Shown here: in pieces, positions 12,633-25,185 of the stretch
Layout of the letters: the number at the start of each line of letters is the position of its first letter
How positions within the stretch are numbered: position 1 is the first letter of the stretch
Assembly: GCA_951406725.2 (NCBI GenBank)
Contig: OX597819.1
Coordinates: forward strand, 122,946,001-123,010,000
Reading direction: 5' to 3'
Length of the DNA: 64,000 bases
Origin: Octopus vulgaris
Taxonomy: Eukaryota
Translations under genes and position numbers: made by a program
The notes under the pieces: generated by a model
What the model was told of the DNA's origin: nothing
The model's database searches: none
What the model saw: only the letters and a program-made list of their open reading frames with translations

Positions 12633-13042
12633 TTCTTTTATTCTTTACTTGTTTCAGTCATTTGACAGCGGCCATGCTGGAGCACCACCTTTAGTAGAAC
12701 AAATCGACTCCAGGACTCTGCATGACTTGTTCTTTGTAGGGACTTATTCAATCGGTCTCTTTTTGTCGGACCGCCGTTTTGTGGGGGCGTAAACACACAA
12801 ACCACGGTTGTCAAGCGATGGTGGGGAGAAAAACATAAACACACAAACATACATACTAACATACGCACACACACTCAGGACAGGCTTCTTTCCGTTTCCG
12901 TCTACCAAATCCACTCACAAGGCTTTGGTCTGTCGGAGGCTATAGTAGAAGACACTTGCCCAAGGGTCCACGCAAGTGGGAGTGAACCCGGAACCATGTG
13001 TTTGGGAAGCAAGCTTCTTACCATACAGCTACGCCTGCACCT
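12633..13042 (-). mobile_element. SINE family A
   Basis: Diverged full-length copy. Confidence 0.88.
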
Positions 13043-13050
13043 ATATATAA

Positions 13051-13146
<96 letters not shown>

Positions 13147-13329
13147 CGTGTATGTATGTATGTATATATATATATATATATGTATATTAGAGTCCAGTGA
13201 CATCCATAAGTATATACATTGGTAATCCGGGGGTAGTGCTGGTATGTTGATGAGGAGAGGTGCAGAAAGTTCAAGTTGAGGTAGGTGTAAATCCGAAGCG
13301 TAGGAGGTTAAAACTGGTGCGACCACGTG

Positions 13330-13640
13330 AGCGTATAATATATCGTTGAAATTTACTGCAAAACAAAAGATAAAGACAGGTGTGAAAACAACAAGCAAGT
13401 ATAGGAGTTTGACGATCGGGAAGGTGAGAAAGTCTTTTAACTTAGAGGTCAGTCGTGATTGATCGCTAACTCAAACAGTTTTTGTTATTCTCTCTCCGTT
13501 TATTTCCTCATATACCTTTCTGTTGAAGAGCGTAGGCGCAAAACGTAAAATACTTTCTCACCTTCAAACTAATACACCTGCTTGTCGTTTATACGAGCGT
13601 CAAACTAATACACCTTTTTGTCGTTTATACACTTTCAAAT
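13330..13640. mobile_element. Penelope pLTR-like fragment with inverted partial copy and degenerate minimal hammerhead
   Basis: 13381-13440 is an imperfect reverse complement of 13544-13593. TTT-CTGTTGA-AGAGCGTAGGCGC-AAAAC-GTA-AAA lies at 13517-13550. Confidence 0.55.
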
Positions 13641-13662
13641 ATATATATATATGAGAATATTA

Positions 13663-13722
<60 letters not shown>

Positions 13723-13757
13723 TAAATTAGTTTGGATTTATTCCCTAATATTTTATC

Positions 13758-13806
<49 letters not shown>

Positions 13807-14239
13807 GGAATTACAACCGTGTTTCGTGGTCTGCTACCACAACAGCTCCTTTATAGGATCCAGTTAGCTCAAGACATCATCAGGAGGAACCACGTTCGGT
13901 TTCGGCCCCTACCTCTCTACCGTTTAGACGTGGCGGGGCCCCACTTTCGGAGGTGTCTTCAGCTCTGGTGTTGGGTGCATGTCTTCTTTCTTCTTCTTTC
14001 TTATGTTCCCTGGCCTCTTCGATGTATCGGCAGCTAGTGTGAAGGCTGACTAATGAAGGCGCGAAGTTTTAGCCCCCGTTTTTTCTAAACGACCGTCACC
14101 TGTCAGTCAGCTTGTCTCACCTAATGATGTTATTTCCCGTCGGCGTGTTTATGACTTTGAAGCCATTTTCGGTCTTCCCGCTTCAGCCATATATAGAGAA
14201 TATTACGTATATATATATATATATATATATAAGTAATAT

Positions 14240-14270
<31 letters not shown>

Positions 14271-14272
14271 AA

Positions 14273-14319
<47 letters not shown>

Positions 14320-14391
14320 TTACTCTTAATAATTTACAATAATATCAGAGGCTAGTAGAAGTAAAAGAACCATAAAGGCAAAATTATCAGT

Positions 14392-14598
14392 TAATAATGA
14401 AGGGTACTAGTAAAAGCACCAGCATGCTAAAGACAGCAGTCAAAACGACTCAAAACCACAGTTACCACAAGTACTTACAATTTTACAGACCGTTCTGTCG
14501 TTTCGCCCTCGTGTATAAGTGATAACGGTGGTTTTGAACCGTTTGACTGCTACCTGTAGCATGCTGGTGCTATAAGTAGTAGTACACACCATTATCAA
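14392..14598. repeat. Imperfect palindrome with a hammerhead remnant in the spacer
   Basis: Arms include GCACCAGCATGCTA / TAGCATGCTGGTGC. Minus strand 14483-14518 reads TTATA-CACGA-GGGC-GAAAC-GACAGAACG-GTC-TGTAA. Confidence 0.7.
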
Positions 14599-15300
14599 TA
14601 TATATATATGTTGCTATGTGAGTGAAAAAGCACCATAGTAATTTGGTTATGAATAAATATGCAAATATGAATACGGTAATCATATCGACATGATTAATGA
14701 AAGTATAAATAGGTTTCTTGCGAATGAAATAATATTAAGTTAAATTATAAGAATATAACAAATCGCATACTTCAGAAGGAAGTGTCTAGATAAAAATGGT
14801 AGACTATTTCTGAGGAGATTTAACAATGATGAATAGTCAAAAGCGAGGAGTTCACCCCTCGGTTCTGACTATCGAAAATCTAGTGGTGTGTTCGACTGAA
14901 GGAAGTGTCTGCTTTTTGTTTATAATTTTATGAAAGAAACCAACTACGAACTGCATATCCACGTTCGAATTTGGCAGAAGGCATAACAATGGATGTATAT
15001 TATTTGGATTTTCACTGTTCTGCGTGCACACCAGGAATTAATTTGACAAAGTTCAGCATGTATCAACAAATGGTTTATCCTCAGATATCCACAAACGAGC
15101 AGGTAATCTATGTAGATTCATTGATCTGAGGTAAGCTGTCATCGAGGAGTCGAGGAGTCAGACAATACAATCGAAACACCGCAGTGTTTCCCCTCCCCTT
15201 ACATCAATGAATTATGCGTGTTATGAACATACAGCTTCTAAAGCAGGGAGATGTCCTCCGATGACGAAAAACGACATTGATCAGCCTATTGATGTTCTAT

Positions 15301-15683
15301 TGGAGGCGCAATAGCCCAGTAGTTAGAGCAGCGGACTCGCGGTCATAGGATTGCGGTTTCGATTCCCAGACCGGGCGTTGTGAGTGTTTATTGAGCGAAA
15401 ACACATAAAGCTCCACGAGGCTCCGGCAGGGGATGGTGGTGATCCCTGCTGTACTCTTTCACCACAACTTTCTCTCACTCTTACTTCTTGTTTCTGTTGT
15501 GCCTGCATTTCAAAGGGCCGGCCTTGTCACATCCTGTGTCACGCTGAATATCCCCGAGAACTACGTTAAGGGTACACGTGTCTGTGGAGTGCTCAGCCAC
15601 TTACACGTTAATTTCACGAGCAGTCTGTTCCGTTGATTCGGATCAACCGGAACCCTCGTCGTCGTAACCGACGGAGTGCTTCC
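15301..15683 (+). mobile_element. SINE family C, tail type 1
   Basis: tRNA-like head GGAGGCGCAATAGCCCAG...GGTTTCGATTCCC. Tail ends CTCGTCGTCGTAACCGACGGAGTGC. Confidence 0.88.
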
Positions 15684-16285
15684 TGCCTGATGTTCGACTT
15701 TTCCAGAATGTCTTGAGAATGAACCAATACATTATTTTCTTATTCTTTTTATTTTGTTCTCTCAGTTTTCTGAACATTTTTATCAACGTACCCAGCCTTT
15801 ACCTTTTGACCACGTTCATGTTGAGGTAACCGGAAATTTTTTGTAATTTTTATGTAACAGAGCGAAAGACTGTGAGAAACAACTTGAAGTTCTTTTAGTA
15901 TATTTTCTGAACTCATCTTCACTTTTCAACCTCATTAGACTTTTACGCTACATAATTTTTAAAGAGATTACCGTTCTTAAAACAGCAACAGATTATGTTT
16001 TCTAGTATTTTCTTCGTATTTAGTGAGATTATTTTCGATTTGGTATACCTTAATGATCCAATTTTCTGTAAGTTTGACACGTTCGGATAAAGATTTCTTC
16101 TCTTCGTTCTGAAGACAAGAATAATTTTTGAGAACTTACTTCTTCGATGGAAACATGCCAACAGGAATGGATAAACATAGTAATGCAAAAATTTCTTCCA
16201 GATTTTGTTATTGTAGTACTTTGCTCGTGTTTACAGAACTTTCAATGTTTTATTAACTAAATTATATTTTTAAAATATTATATAT

Positions 16286-16811
16286 AGGCGCACGAGTGGC
16301 TGTGTGGTAAGTAGCTTGCTAACCAGCCACATGGTTCCGGGTTCAGTCCCACTGCGTGGCATCTTGGGCAAGTGTCTTCTGCTATAGCCCCGGGCCGACC
16401 AATGCCTTGTGAGTGGATTTGGTAGACGGAAACTGAAAAAAGCCTGTCGTATATATGTATATATATATAAATGTGTGTGTATATGTTTGTGTGTCTGTGT
16501 TTGTCCCCCTAGCATTGCTTGACAACCGATGATGGTATGTTTACGTCACCGTCACTTAGCGGTTCGGCAAAAAGAGACGGATAGAATAAGTACTGGGCTT
16601 ACAAAGAATAAGTCCTGGGGTCTATTTGCTCGACTAAAGGCGGTACTCCAGTATGGCCGCAGATCAAATGATTATGAAACAATTAGAGTAAAAGAGTAAA
16701 GAGATTTAGTATAGTATAACTGAAAGAAGCCCGTCGTACATATTTATATATGATATGATGTGTGTGAGTGGATTTGTGTATACCGTACATATATATATAT
16801 ATGTGTGTGTG

Positions 16812-16842
<31 letters not shown>

Positions 16843-17067
16843 GTGTGTATACGTTTGGGTGTCTGTGCTTGTCCCCCCTAACATAGCTTGACAACCGATG
16901 CTGATGTGTTTACGTCCCCGTAACTTAGCGGTTCGGCAAAAGATACTGATAGAATAAGTACTAGGCTTACAAAGAATAAGTCCTGGGGTGGATTTGCTCG
17001 ACTAAAGGCGGTGCTCCAACATGGCAACAGTTAAACACCTGAAACAAGTAAAAGAGTAAAAGAGTAA
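16286..17067 (+). mobile_element. SINE family A: full copy (16286-16703) followed by a 5'-truncated copy (16716-17067)
   Basis: A box TGGCTGTGTGG, B box GGTTCAGTCCC and two GAGTAAAA tails. Confidence 0.9.
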
Positions 17068-17717
17068 TGAATTTTAAAAATTAGATATTATTCTTGAACA
17101 ATGAAAATTCTATCAAAATATCAAAAAGTTGAGATTGGTTCAGCAAGTTTGATTTAAGCAAAAGCGATGAAATAATGAATTAATTATTACATAATATTAA
17201 TTCATGCATATTTTATTCCTAATGTCGTCTTTTCAAAAACAGGCACTTATACATACATACATACGTACATATGTAAATGAATGTGGTTTTCGTGATGTTT
17301 AAGCATCTATAAGATGTATGCATACATAGATACACATACACGTACATACATGCGTAATACATACATGTATACGTACATACATACGTACATACATACGTAC
17401 ATGCATACGTACATACATATACATACATATGTACGTACAAACATACGTACATACACACGTAAGTATGTATTATATACAAATATGTGTGTGTATCTGCGTG
17501 TGTATCTGCGTGTGTATCCGAGGGTGTGTGTTTACGTGTGTATATATGTGTGTCTGCGTATGTACCGTGTGTATTATTGTTATTTTGTTTTTGTTATTTC
17601 GCTGAAATTAAAGATACAAAATTCCTTAACGTTCCATCTGCCACTAAAAAGATCTGAGGGCATTCGTTCTACAATGTATAACACCACACTATGTCCTTCC
17701 TCTGTTATTTTCCTATT

Positions 17718-18040
17718 GTGTGGAGGCGCAATGGCCCAGTGGTTAGGGCAGCGGATTCGCGGTCATAGGATCGCGGTTTCGATTCCCAGACCGGGCGTTG
17801 TGAGTGTTTATTGAGCGAAAACACCTAAAACTTCCTGTTTCTATCGTACCTGTATTTCAATGGGCCAGCCTTGTCACTCTCTGTGTCACGCTGAATATCC
17901 CCGAGAACTACGTTAAGGGTGCACGTGTCTGTGGAGTGCTCAGCCACTTACACGTTAATTTCACGAGCAGGCTGTTCCGTTGATTCGGATCAACTGGAAC
18001 CCTCATCGTCGGAACCGACGGAGTGCTTCCATCCCATCCC
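17718..18040 (+). mobile_element. SINE family C, tail type 1, internally deleted
   Basis: Flanked by the 11-bp TSD ATTTTCCTATT (17707-17717 and 18041-18051). Confidence 0.9.
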
Positions 18041-18345
18041 ATTTTCCTATTACTGACGAAATAAATGTAATTTCGTCCAATTCTGAACTTCCAGTCATTA
18101 TAAAATTATACAGTGAATTATATGTAAATTTGAACCGTTGACGTACCGTTGATGTTCTAGTGATATGATGAGATAGCTTTCTTTCTTTGCATTAATTTCC
18201 AAATACGTAATTGTAATGTGTAATGCTGAGCAGACATATTAATTCAAAGTTCTACGTATCATTTCTAGCAGACTGAAATTAATTTTACAAGAAGTAAGTT
18301 ACGAAACAGCGCTAATCATATAGAAGTTGTGTTTAGATAAATCTA

Positions 18346-21300
18346 CCGTATTTCCCGGCGTCGAAGGCGCTTCTTCCTTGAGGACACGCCCTAATTTTGA
18401 CAAGCAAAACACTGGAAAAAAAAAATAACAAACATAAAATACGATCCTGACACTTCGAGTCTTGTTACCTTTAGAGATGCAATCAAAAAAATATCAACGT
18501 ACGCCACTTAAAATGTCCCTAGCATTTATTTTGGCTGTTTGTCTAATACTTATTTGTGCTTATCCCTTACGTTAACTAAACTTGACTGCCTCCCGTTGTG
18601 ACCCCACACTCGAGTCTGTAAAACTGAGAAAAGACTGCATTCACCTACCTTAGCAATTTGTTTTGTGGGACCGTTAGTACATGGTAGGGTATGTTTATGC
18701 CTACCGTTATGTACCCACTGTAATACTGAAATTATACTACGACAGTGTTGTATGCAGATGGGGTGGATAGGAAGATGCACCCCATACCCCCCAAAACTTC
18801 TCAAATGTGACTGTTTTGTTTAAATATTTATGATAGAAAGCATATTTTTGTACCAGAGCAAGCAACTATTGTAAGGTTCAGTATAGAAATTGATTTTGCA
18901 GTATCTCTGAACATATTACCCTGTCATTTCATTGATCAGTTGCAAAGAATCGAACCTCAGATTTCTGGATCCACTCCTGCACTATCATGCTCCAGTTCGA
19001 CTATTCACTGTTCGGCTCAGCAGTCATTTTTATCCTCATGTGCTTCATCAGGAGGGTTCTTGGCCAATAAAGTCTCAGTTCAAGCAAGTGGATGGGGTTA
19101 CCACTGTCGCAGTATTTTAAGATTTTGGTAGAAATAGATGAGAATTATACAGTACTTTTTGGTCCCAGACAAAGAAAAAAACTAAACTCCACAATAAGAA
19201 AATTACTGTGAGAAATACGGAATAACATTTTATTGTACAGTTACACTTTGTAAAAATATCACATGAACATGACATCCTAAATAGAACAAAATGAAAATAA
19301 AATAAAAATTACAGTAAAATCTACATAATAAGAAAACATTTCAATCATAAAATACTGGAAATGTGTTGCTTATTGCTACCATTTATAGAAGTAAGACACA
19401 AACATGAAATTCCAAATAGAACAAAATAAATACAGAACCGAAATTAAAAGCTGCAGTTGAAATATTACAAATAAGAAAACATATTTAATTTTCAAATCTT
19501 GAAAATATTTTACGTAATTACCATTTGTAAAAATTGCACACAGACATGGAAAAACAAGCGCTACAATTAAATTACGATGGAAAAAGATTAAAAAGTGTGC
19601 AAATGTTAAATGTACGAATATAAAGAAAATATTTCACTCTTCAAATGCTGAAAACTGACTGCAGTCATTCATATTCCCACAACCAGAAAAATCACCACGG
19701 TTGTCAATACTGTCCGAAGTGTCACTATCATCAAACAGAATGTCACCTTCTGTGCCATCTAATGCCACATCTTATAAAATATTTTGCTATTACTTCAATT
19801 TTCACAGCATTCCATGATCTCAGAACTCACTCGCAAACCTGAGCAATTGTTGACCTTTTCAAACGACCCGTTGGTATTAGGTCATGGTCCGTTGGCTCTC
19901 ATCCACTGATTCCACTCTTCTTTCTTAAATGCCTTAAAAGGTCTGTTGATTGATACGTCCAGTGGTTGTAGTTGGGTAGTTAAACCACCAAGGATCACTG
20001 CCATTTACGTTTTCAATTTCTGCACCCTTTCTTCAATAGCCTTTGTTTTGTGGGCACAAAACTGGTAGTTTTTAAGGAGGCCACCGGAACGCCTCGTACA
20101 GACCGTATCTAGCCATAACTTCACTCCCTCTTCATTCATCCACTCCTCTTGGGAAACGTGAATATAAATTCCACGTTGAATTTTATCGTTTGGTTAAGTT
20201 TTCCTCTTGAAAATAAGCAGCGGTGGCAGTATTGTTCCATCACCACAACATAATAATACTGCAGTATAAAGGGTTTTCTCATGCCCAGATGTCTTTACAA
20301 TTACGGTTGTGGAACCACTAACACCTACTGTTCTATTTGATACCACATCAAACATTAGTGGCAACTCATCCGTGTTTCTGATCTGACCCAGATCGTAGTC
20401 AATCTTTTTTCTTGCACTGACTATGAACCTGTGAAATTCGATTGTTTTGTTCTCATAATCTTCAGGCATTTTTGTGCTATTCTTGTGTTCATTCTCATTG
20501 CTAGTCTGTGCCTCTTCATAAATCTGTAACACCAGCTTGATGTACCACGAAAATCATCCATATCTCGTGCTGCTGTCCTCACTTTTGATTCATTAATAAT
20601 CCTTTTTATTGATACTGCCAAACCCGACCTACACTCCGCAGCTATCCACTCCTTCATCTGTTGCTGTAGTTCCGGCCACTTAGCTGCTGTCTTGATGCAG
20701 GCTTCAACAGGTTCTCTTGTTTCTTCCAGTGGCAGATCATTTTCTCAGTTGGCGGTGCTCCAAAATGCCTCTCCGCAGCCATGTTATCATACTGTTTGGC
20801 GTATTCAATCACTTGTAGCTTGTAGCCGATTGTGTAAGAGTATCTTCTGCTTGAGGTTGCCATAATAACGGTTGCGCTAAAAATTCAAATTCTTCTGAAG
20901 TTTCTGATCACTTCTAAGGTCAGCAGATCCCGGTTTGAACTGGTTAAGACCATGGCTTTCAGAGATCAAGAAGGAAGCTTATGTTGCTCTCTGAACACAA
21001 CACGTTTCATAACAGATAGTAAGTGATTACGACACTATTGTTATTAATATTTGCTTGCAAACCCTTTTGACATACCGTAGTTTTACTTCTTTCGTCACTT
21101 AATAATGTTCTCTTAAAGTCAGGTTGTATGAAGAACTTGACAAAACCGGCAATTTAGATACACATGTATATCACTCGTCAGCTACCTCGTCTAACACACA
21201 CTGCCCATATGTGACTGAATTTTTGTGATAACGCATATTTAAAAAAAGATTATGGCCTTTTTTTTATTTACAACTTTAACAAAGAATAATTTATGAACTT

Positions 21301-21469
21301 CAATAAGCGATCATATACAAGAGTTCAGATTACTGGCTAGCATAGATAATTTTCCTCTGTGGTTAGTATACGCCTATGAATAATGCAGAATTCGGCCTCC
21401 AGGAAACATGGTAGATTTCTGAGACTGATTTTAGGAAAAATGTAGCGTCTTCGACGCCAAAGAGTGCGA
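18346..21469 (-). mobile_element. pogo-family DNA transposon, full length, decayed
   Basis: Imperfect 25-bp TIRs (CCGTATTTCCCGGCGTCGAAGGCGC versus reverse complement TCGCACTCTTTGGCGTCGAAGACGC), each flanked by TA, with a transposase remnant inside. Confidence 0.85.
19634..20863 (-). pseudogene. pogo/POGK-like transposase (Brinker DBD, CENP-B-type HTH, DDE), frameshifted
   Basis: RRYSYTIGYKLQVIEYAK..AAERHFG, WCYRFMKRHRL, NTDELPLMFD, LPPLLIFKRK, GGLTTQLQPLDVSINRPFK and an acidic tail, spread over several frames. Confidence 0.9.
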
Positions 21470-21603
21470 TATCTCCCACTCTCACATATGATGAATTTGA
21501 ATGTATGATTTATATATATATATATACATATATACATACATACATATAAAAATACACACACACGCACGCACATACACTCATATATAAACCCACATGTGAA
21601 TAG

Positions 21604-21759
21604 TTGGCGACTTTCTTCCTCCTCCCTTTATATTGGACGTTCCCCTGTTTCCGAAGAAGACCATCTGCTCGAAACATTAAAACATCTTTCTTTCGTTCCC
21701 TAGGCGTCCATGTACCACTTCCTCGCGTTTTTTTTGTGTTTGTTCTTCTTTTTGGATTT

Positions 21760-21760
<1 letters not shown>
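21604..21760 (+). mobile_element. Penelope pLTR-like fragment with degenerate minimal hammerhead
   Basis: GTTT-CCGAAGA-AGACCATCTGCTC-GAAAC-ATT-AAAAC at 21647-21683. Homologous to 33062-33277. Confidence 0.6.
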
Positions 21761-21843
<83 letters not shown>

Positions 21844-22006
21844 AATAGTAAGGAAAATTTATTGTTTATGTACTTTATTGATTTTTAGAATAAGGTTTTT
21901 ATAGTATACGTTTTGTATAGGGTATGAATAAAGTCTTTCACTATAGAATTGCTTAATAGAGGTTTTTCTCTTAATTATATACATACATGCATACATATAT
22001 ACATAC

Positions 22007-22072
<66 letters not shown>

Positions 22073-22075
<3 letters not shown>

Positions 22076-22301
22076 GGCGGCGAGTTGGTATAAATGTTAG
22101 CACGCCGGGCGAAATGCTTAGCCGTATTTCGTCTGTCATTACGTTCTGAGTTCAAATTTCGCTGAGGTCGACTTTGCCTTTCATCCTTTCGGGGTCGATA
22201 AAGTAAGTACCAGTTACGCACTGGAGTCGATGTAATCGACTTAAATCCCTTTGTCTCTCCTTGTTTCCCCCTCTGTGTTTAGCCCCTTGTGTGTAGTAAA
22301 G

Positions 22302-22306
<5 letters not shown>
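22073..22306 (+). mobile_element. SINE family B
   Basis: Head AAGGCGGCGAGTTGG, B-box-like GAGTTCAAATT and body GAGGTCGACTTTGCCTTTCATCCTTTCGGGGTCGATAAA. Confidence 0.88.
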
Positions 22307-22389
<83 letters not shown>

Positions 22390-22399
22390 GTGTGTGTGC

Positions 22400-22998
22400 G
22401 TGTGTGGTTATCTTGTTTCTAGCTACATAATTCTAGTTTCAGTCCCAATGTATGGCATTTTGGGCATCTTCTACTTTGGCGTCGGGCTGACCGAACCCTT
22501 GTGACTGGATTTATTAGACATAAAGTGGAAGAAGCCTGTCGCATATGTAGGTATGTGTGTAGGTGTACATTTGCGTGTGTGTGTGCGTGTGTTTGTGTCT
22601 GTGTTTGTCAACCATCACCACTTGACAACCAGTATTGGTGTGTTTACTTTAATGCAAAGGGATTAAGCAAACTAATTTGGCGTCTGAAAGACAGCAATTC
22701 AACCTTCAAGCTGGAATGGTCCATTTTGTCGGTATCTGTTCCGTTTGATAAGGGCAGAAAAATTTGTAGCGTCAGTAATTCTAAATTTTTTCACATATTA
22801 TACGCCAAAGTACCTTTAATACATTCGCCAAAGTACCTTTAATAAATAGTGGTTCGGCAAAAAGGACCGATAGAATAAGTCCCAGACCTTTTTTTAAAAA
22901 AAGGAAATACTAGGGTCGATTCATTCGACTAAAACTTCTTCAAGGCGGTGCCCCAGCATGGCAGTAGTCTAATAACTGAATAGATAAAAGATAAAACG
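22400..22998 (+). mobile_element. Old SINE family A copy interrupted by a Penelope fragment
   Basis: SINE homology stops at GTGTTTAC (about 22647) and resumes at TAGTGGTTCGGCAAAA (about 22847). Confidence 0.75.
22648..22810 (+). pseudogene. Penelope GIY-YIG C-terminal fragment
   Basis: LSKLIWRLKDSNSTFKLEWSIL....PFDKGRKIC follows the pattern seen at 4274-4507 and 33960-34410. Confidence 0.7.
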
Positions 22999-24217
22999 TA
23001 AAAGACAGCCATATATACGCACCGTTACAGCCAATTCTTCTGAGACACAAATCATCTAAAGAATTGTAATATCCTGATAAGATAGATGGTCGTGTAAATG
23101 AATCCTGGTGACGAAGACCACAAAGTTGAAAATTAAAAACAAAAATTATGTCTGGCACTACTGCGGAAACGAATCGAAACGGTTGAAACAAATCGGTTTT
23201 TGACATGAATCATCTAAATTGACAAATTTCAGACGTATGCACTCATATAAGCCGTTCTTTGCTTTTTTCTACCTTGTAAATGCTTATTTTCATGTACTTT
23301 TAAATTTAGATTAAAATAGAATATTAATTGATTTCTAAATGGTCGTTATAGAATGATAAATGGATACCAACTAGATTGATTGATTGTTTGTAATGAGCTC
23401 GAATCGAAATGGAAGCTTTTCTTTAACTGTTGGATTGCACTTTTACTAGTGTACACACACAAAAATATAACACAAGAAATAAAACTCGATTTAAACTCAT
23501 CACAATACATTTACAAAACATTCACAATTTTGTTTTTGTTTTGGCAACCCCTACCATACTCACATGTTTATCTACTTCTTTATTTTCCTTGTTTTCCTTT
23601 CCGTATTTTGTCTTTTTTTCTACTTTGTCATGAAGTAAATAGAGTTAGTTAAACAAAGATGAAATATGAACATTTCCTTGGAGGACTCGGTCCATTTAAA
23701 ATGTCAGATTAGCTGTACAGCCTAATGAAACGTTTCTCAATAAATATCAGATAGATCTGCCTGAGGCTAGTTACAGCGTTGGAAGTTATTTTTATATTAA
23801 GTGGTCAGAATGGATGGGAACTTATTGTAACTGCCCATAGATTGGCTTTTGAGTCAAAGGTAGAATATGAACCATGGATATTTCATCCCGAGTTCAACTT
23901 CGCATGTAGGCCGTAGGCCCGTGTTGTTTCGTTTATGCAGTCTCGATCAATCGTCAGTCGAGAATCTCTTTCATTGGTTTTATTGTCTGACATGACACAG
24001 CTCATTGTTTTACTAAGATCAGTCAGAATCCCGAATAACAGAAAATCCTACTGCATGGGGTGCACAAATGTGCCTTAAATAGGTCTGGTTTATTTCAATG
24101 AATACAATACAGGATATCATACCGCAATTTCAAGATATCCTGATATCGTGAACCCATGTCATTTTGAGCGATCTATGCATATAAAAAATAAACAAGCCTG
24201 AATACACGAAGCGCATA

Positions 24218-24365
<148 letters not shown>

Positions 24366-24431
24366 CACTATTATTATAATTGTTGTTGCTGTTATTGTTG
24401 CCGTGGTTATTGTTGTTGTTATTATTAATCA

Positions 24432-25185
24432 TGAAGGCGTCGAGTGGGCAAAATCGTTGCTGCACCAAAGAAACATGCTCTCAGCGGCATTTCGTCCGTT
24501 TTTACGTCGTTAGTTCAAATTCCGCCGAGGTTGACTTTGTCTTTCATTCTTTTTGGAATCGATAAAATAAGCACCAGCTGATTACCGGGGTCGGTGAAAT
24601 CGACATACCCCCTCCCCACAAAACTGCAGGCCTTGCGTCTATAGTACAATGGATTATCATTATTCTAGTAATATTAAGGTGGCAAACTGGCAGAAACGTT
24701 AGCATGCCGGGCGAAATGCTTATGGTATTTTGTCTGCCGCTACGTTCTGAGTTCAAATTCCGACGAGGTTGACTTTGCCCTTCATCCTTTCGGAGTCGAC
24801 AAATTAAGTACTAGTTACGCACTGGGGAAGATGTAATCGACTTAATACCTATGTCTGTCCTTGTTTGTCCCCTCTGTGTTTAGCCCCTTGTGGGTAATAA
24901 GGAAATAGGTATTTTGTCTGTTTTTTCTTTCTGAGTTCAAATTCCGCCGAGATTGACTTTGCCTTTCATCCTTCTAGAATCGAGAAAATAAGTACTAATT
25001 CAATACTAGGGGCTATATAATCGATTTAGTCCAGGGTTTGTGCGAGTTCAAATTCTGCCGTGATCCATTTTGCCTTTCATCTTTTCGGAGTCGAAGAAAT
25101 AAGTACCTGTCGAGCACTGGGTCGACGCAATCGACTGTACCCCGCCTCCAAAACTTCTGGTCTTCTGCGTTAATGTAGAAAGCAA
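24432..25185 (+). mobile_element. SINE family B tandem array (four full or partial units)
   Basis: GTTCAAATTC...TTTGCCTTTCATC-like block recurs near 24513, 24751, 24935 and 25046. Confidence 0.85.

Noticed and set aside
16286-16355. tRNA-like sequences with A and B boxes
   Set aside because: These are SINE heads joined to SINE bodies, with no complete cloverleaf.
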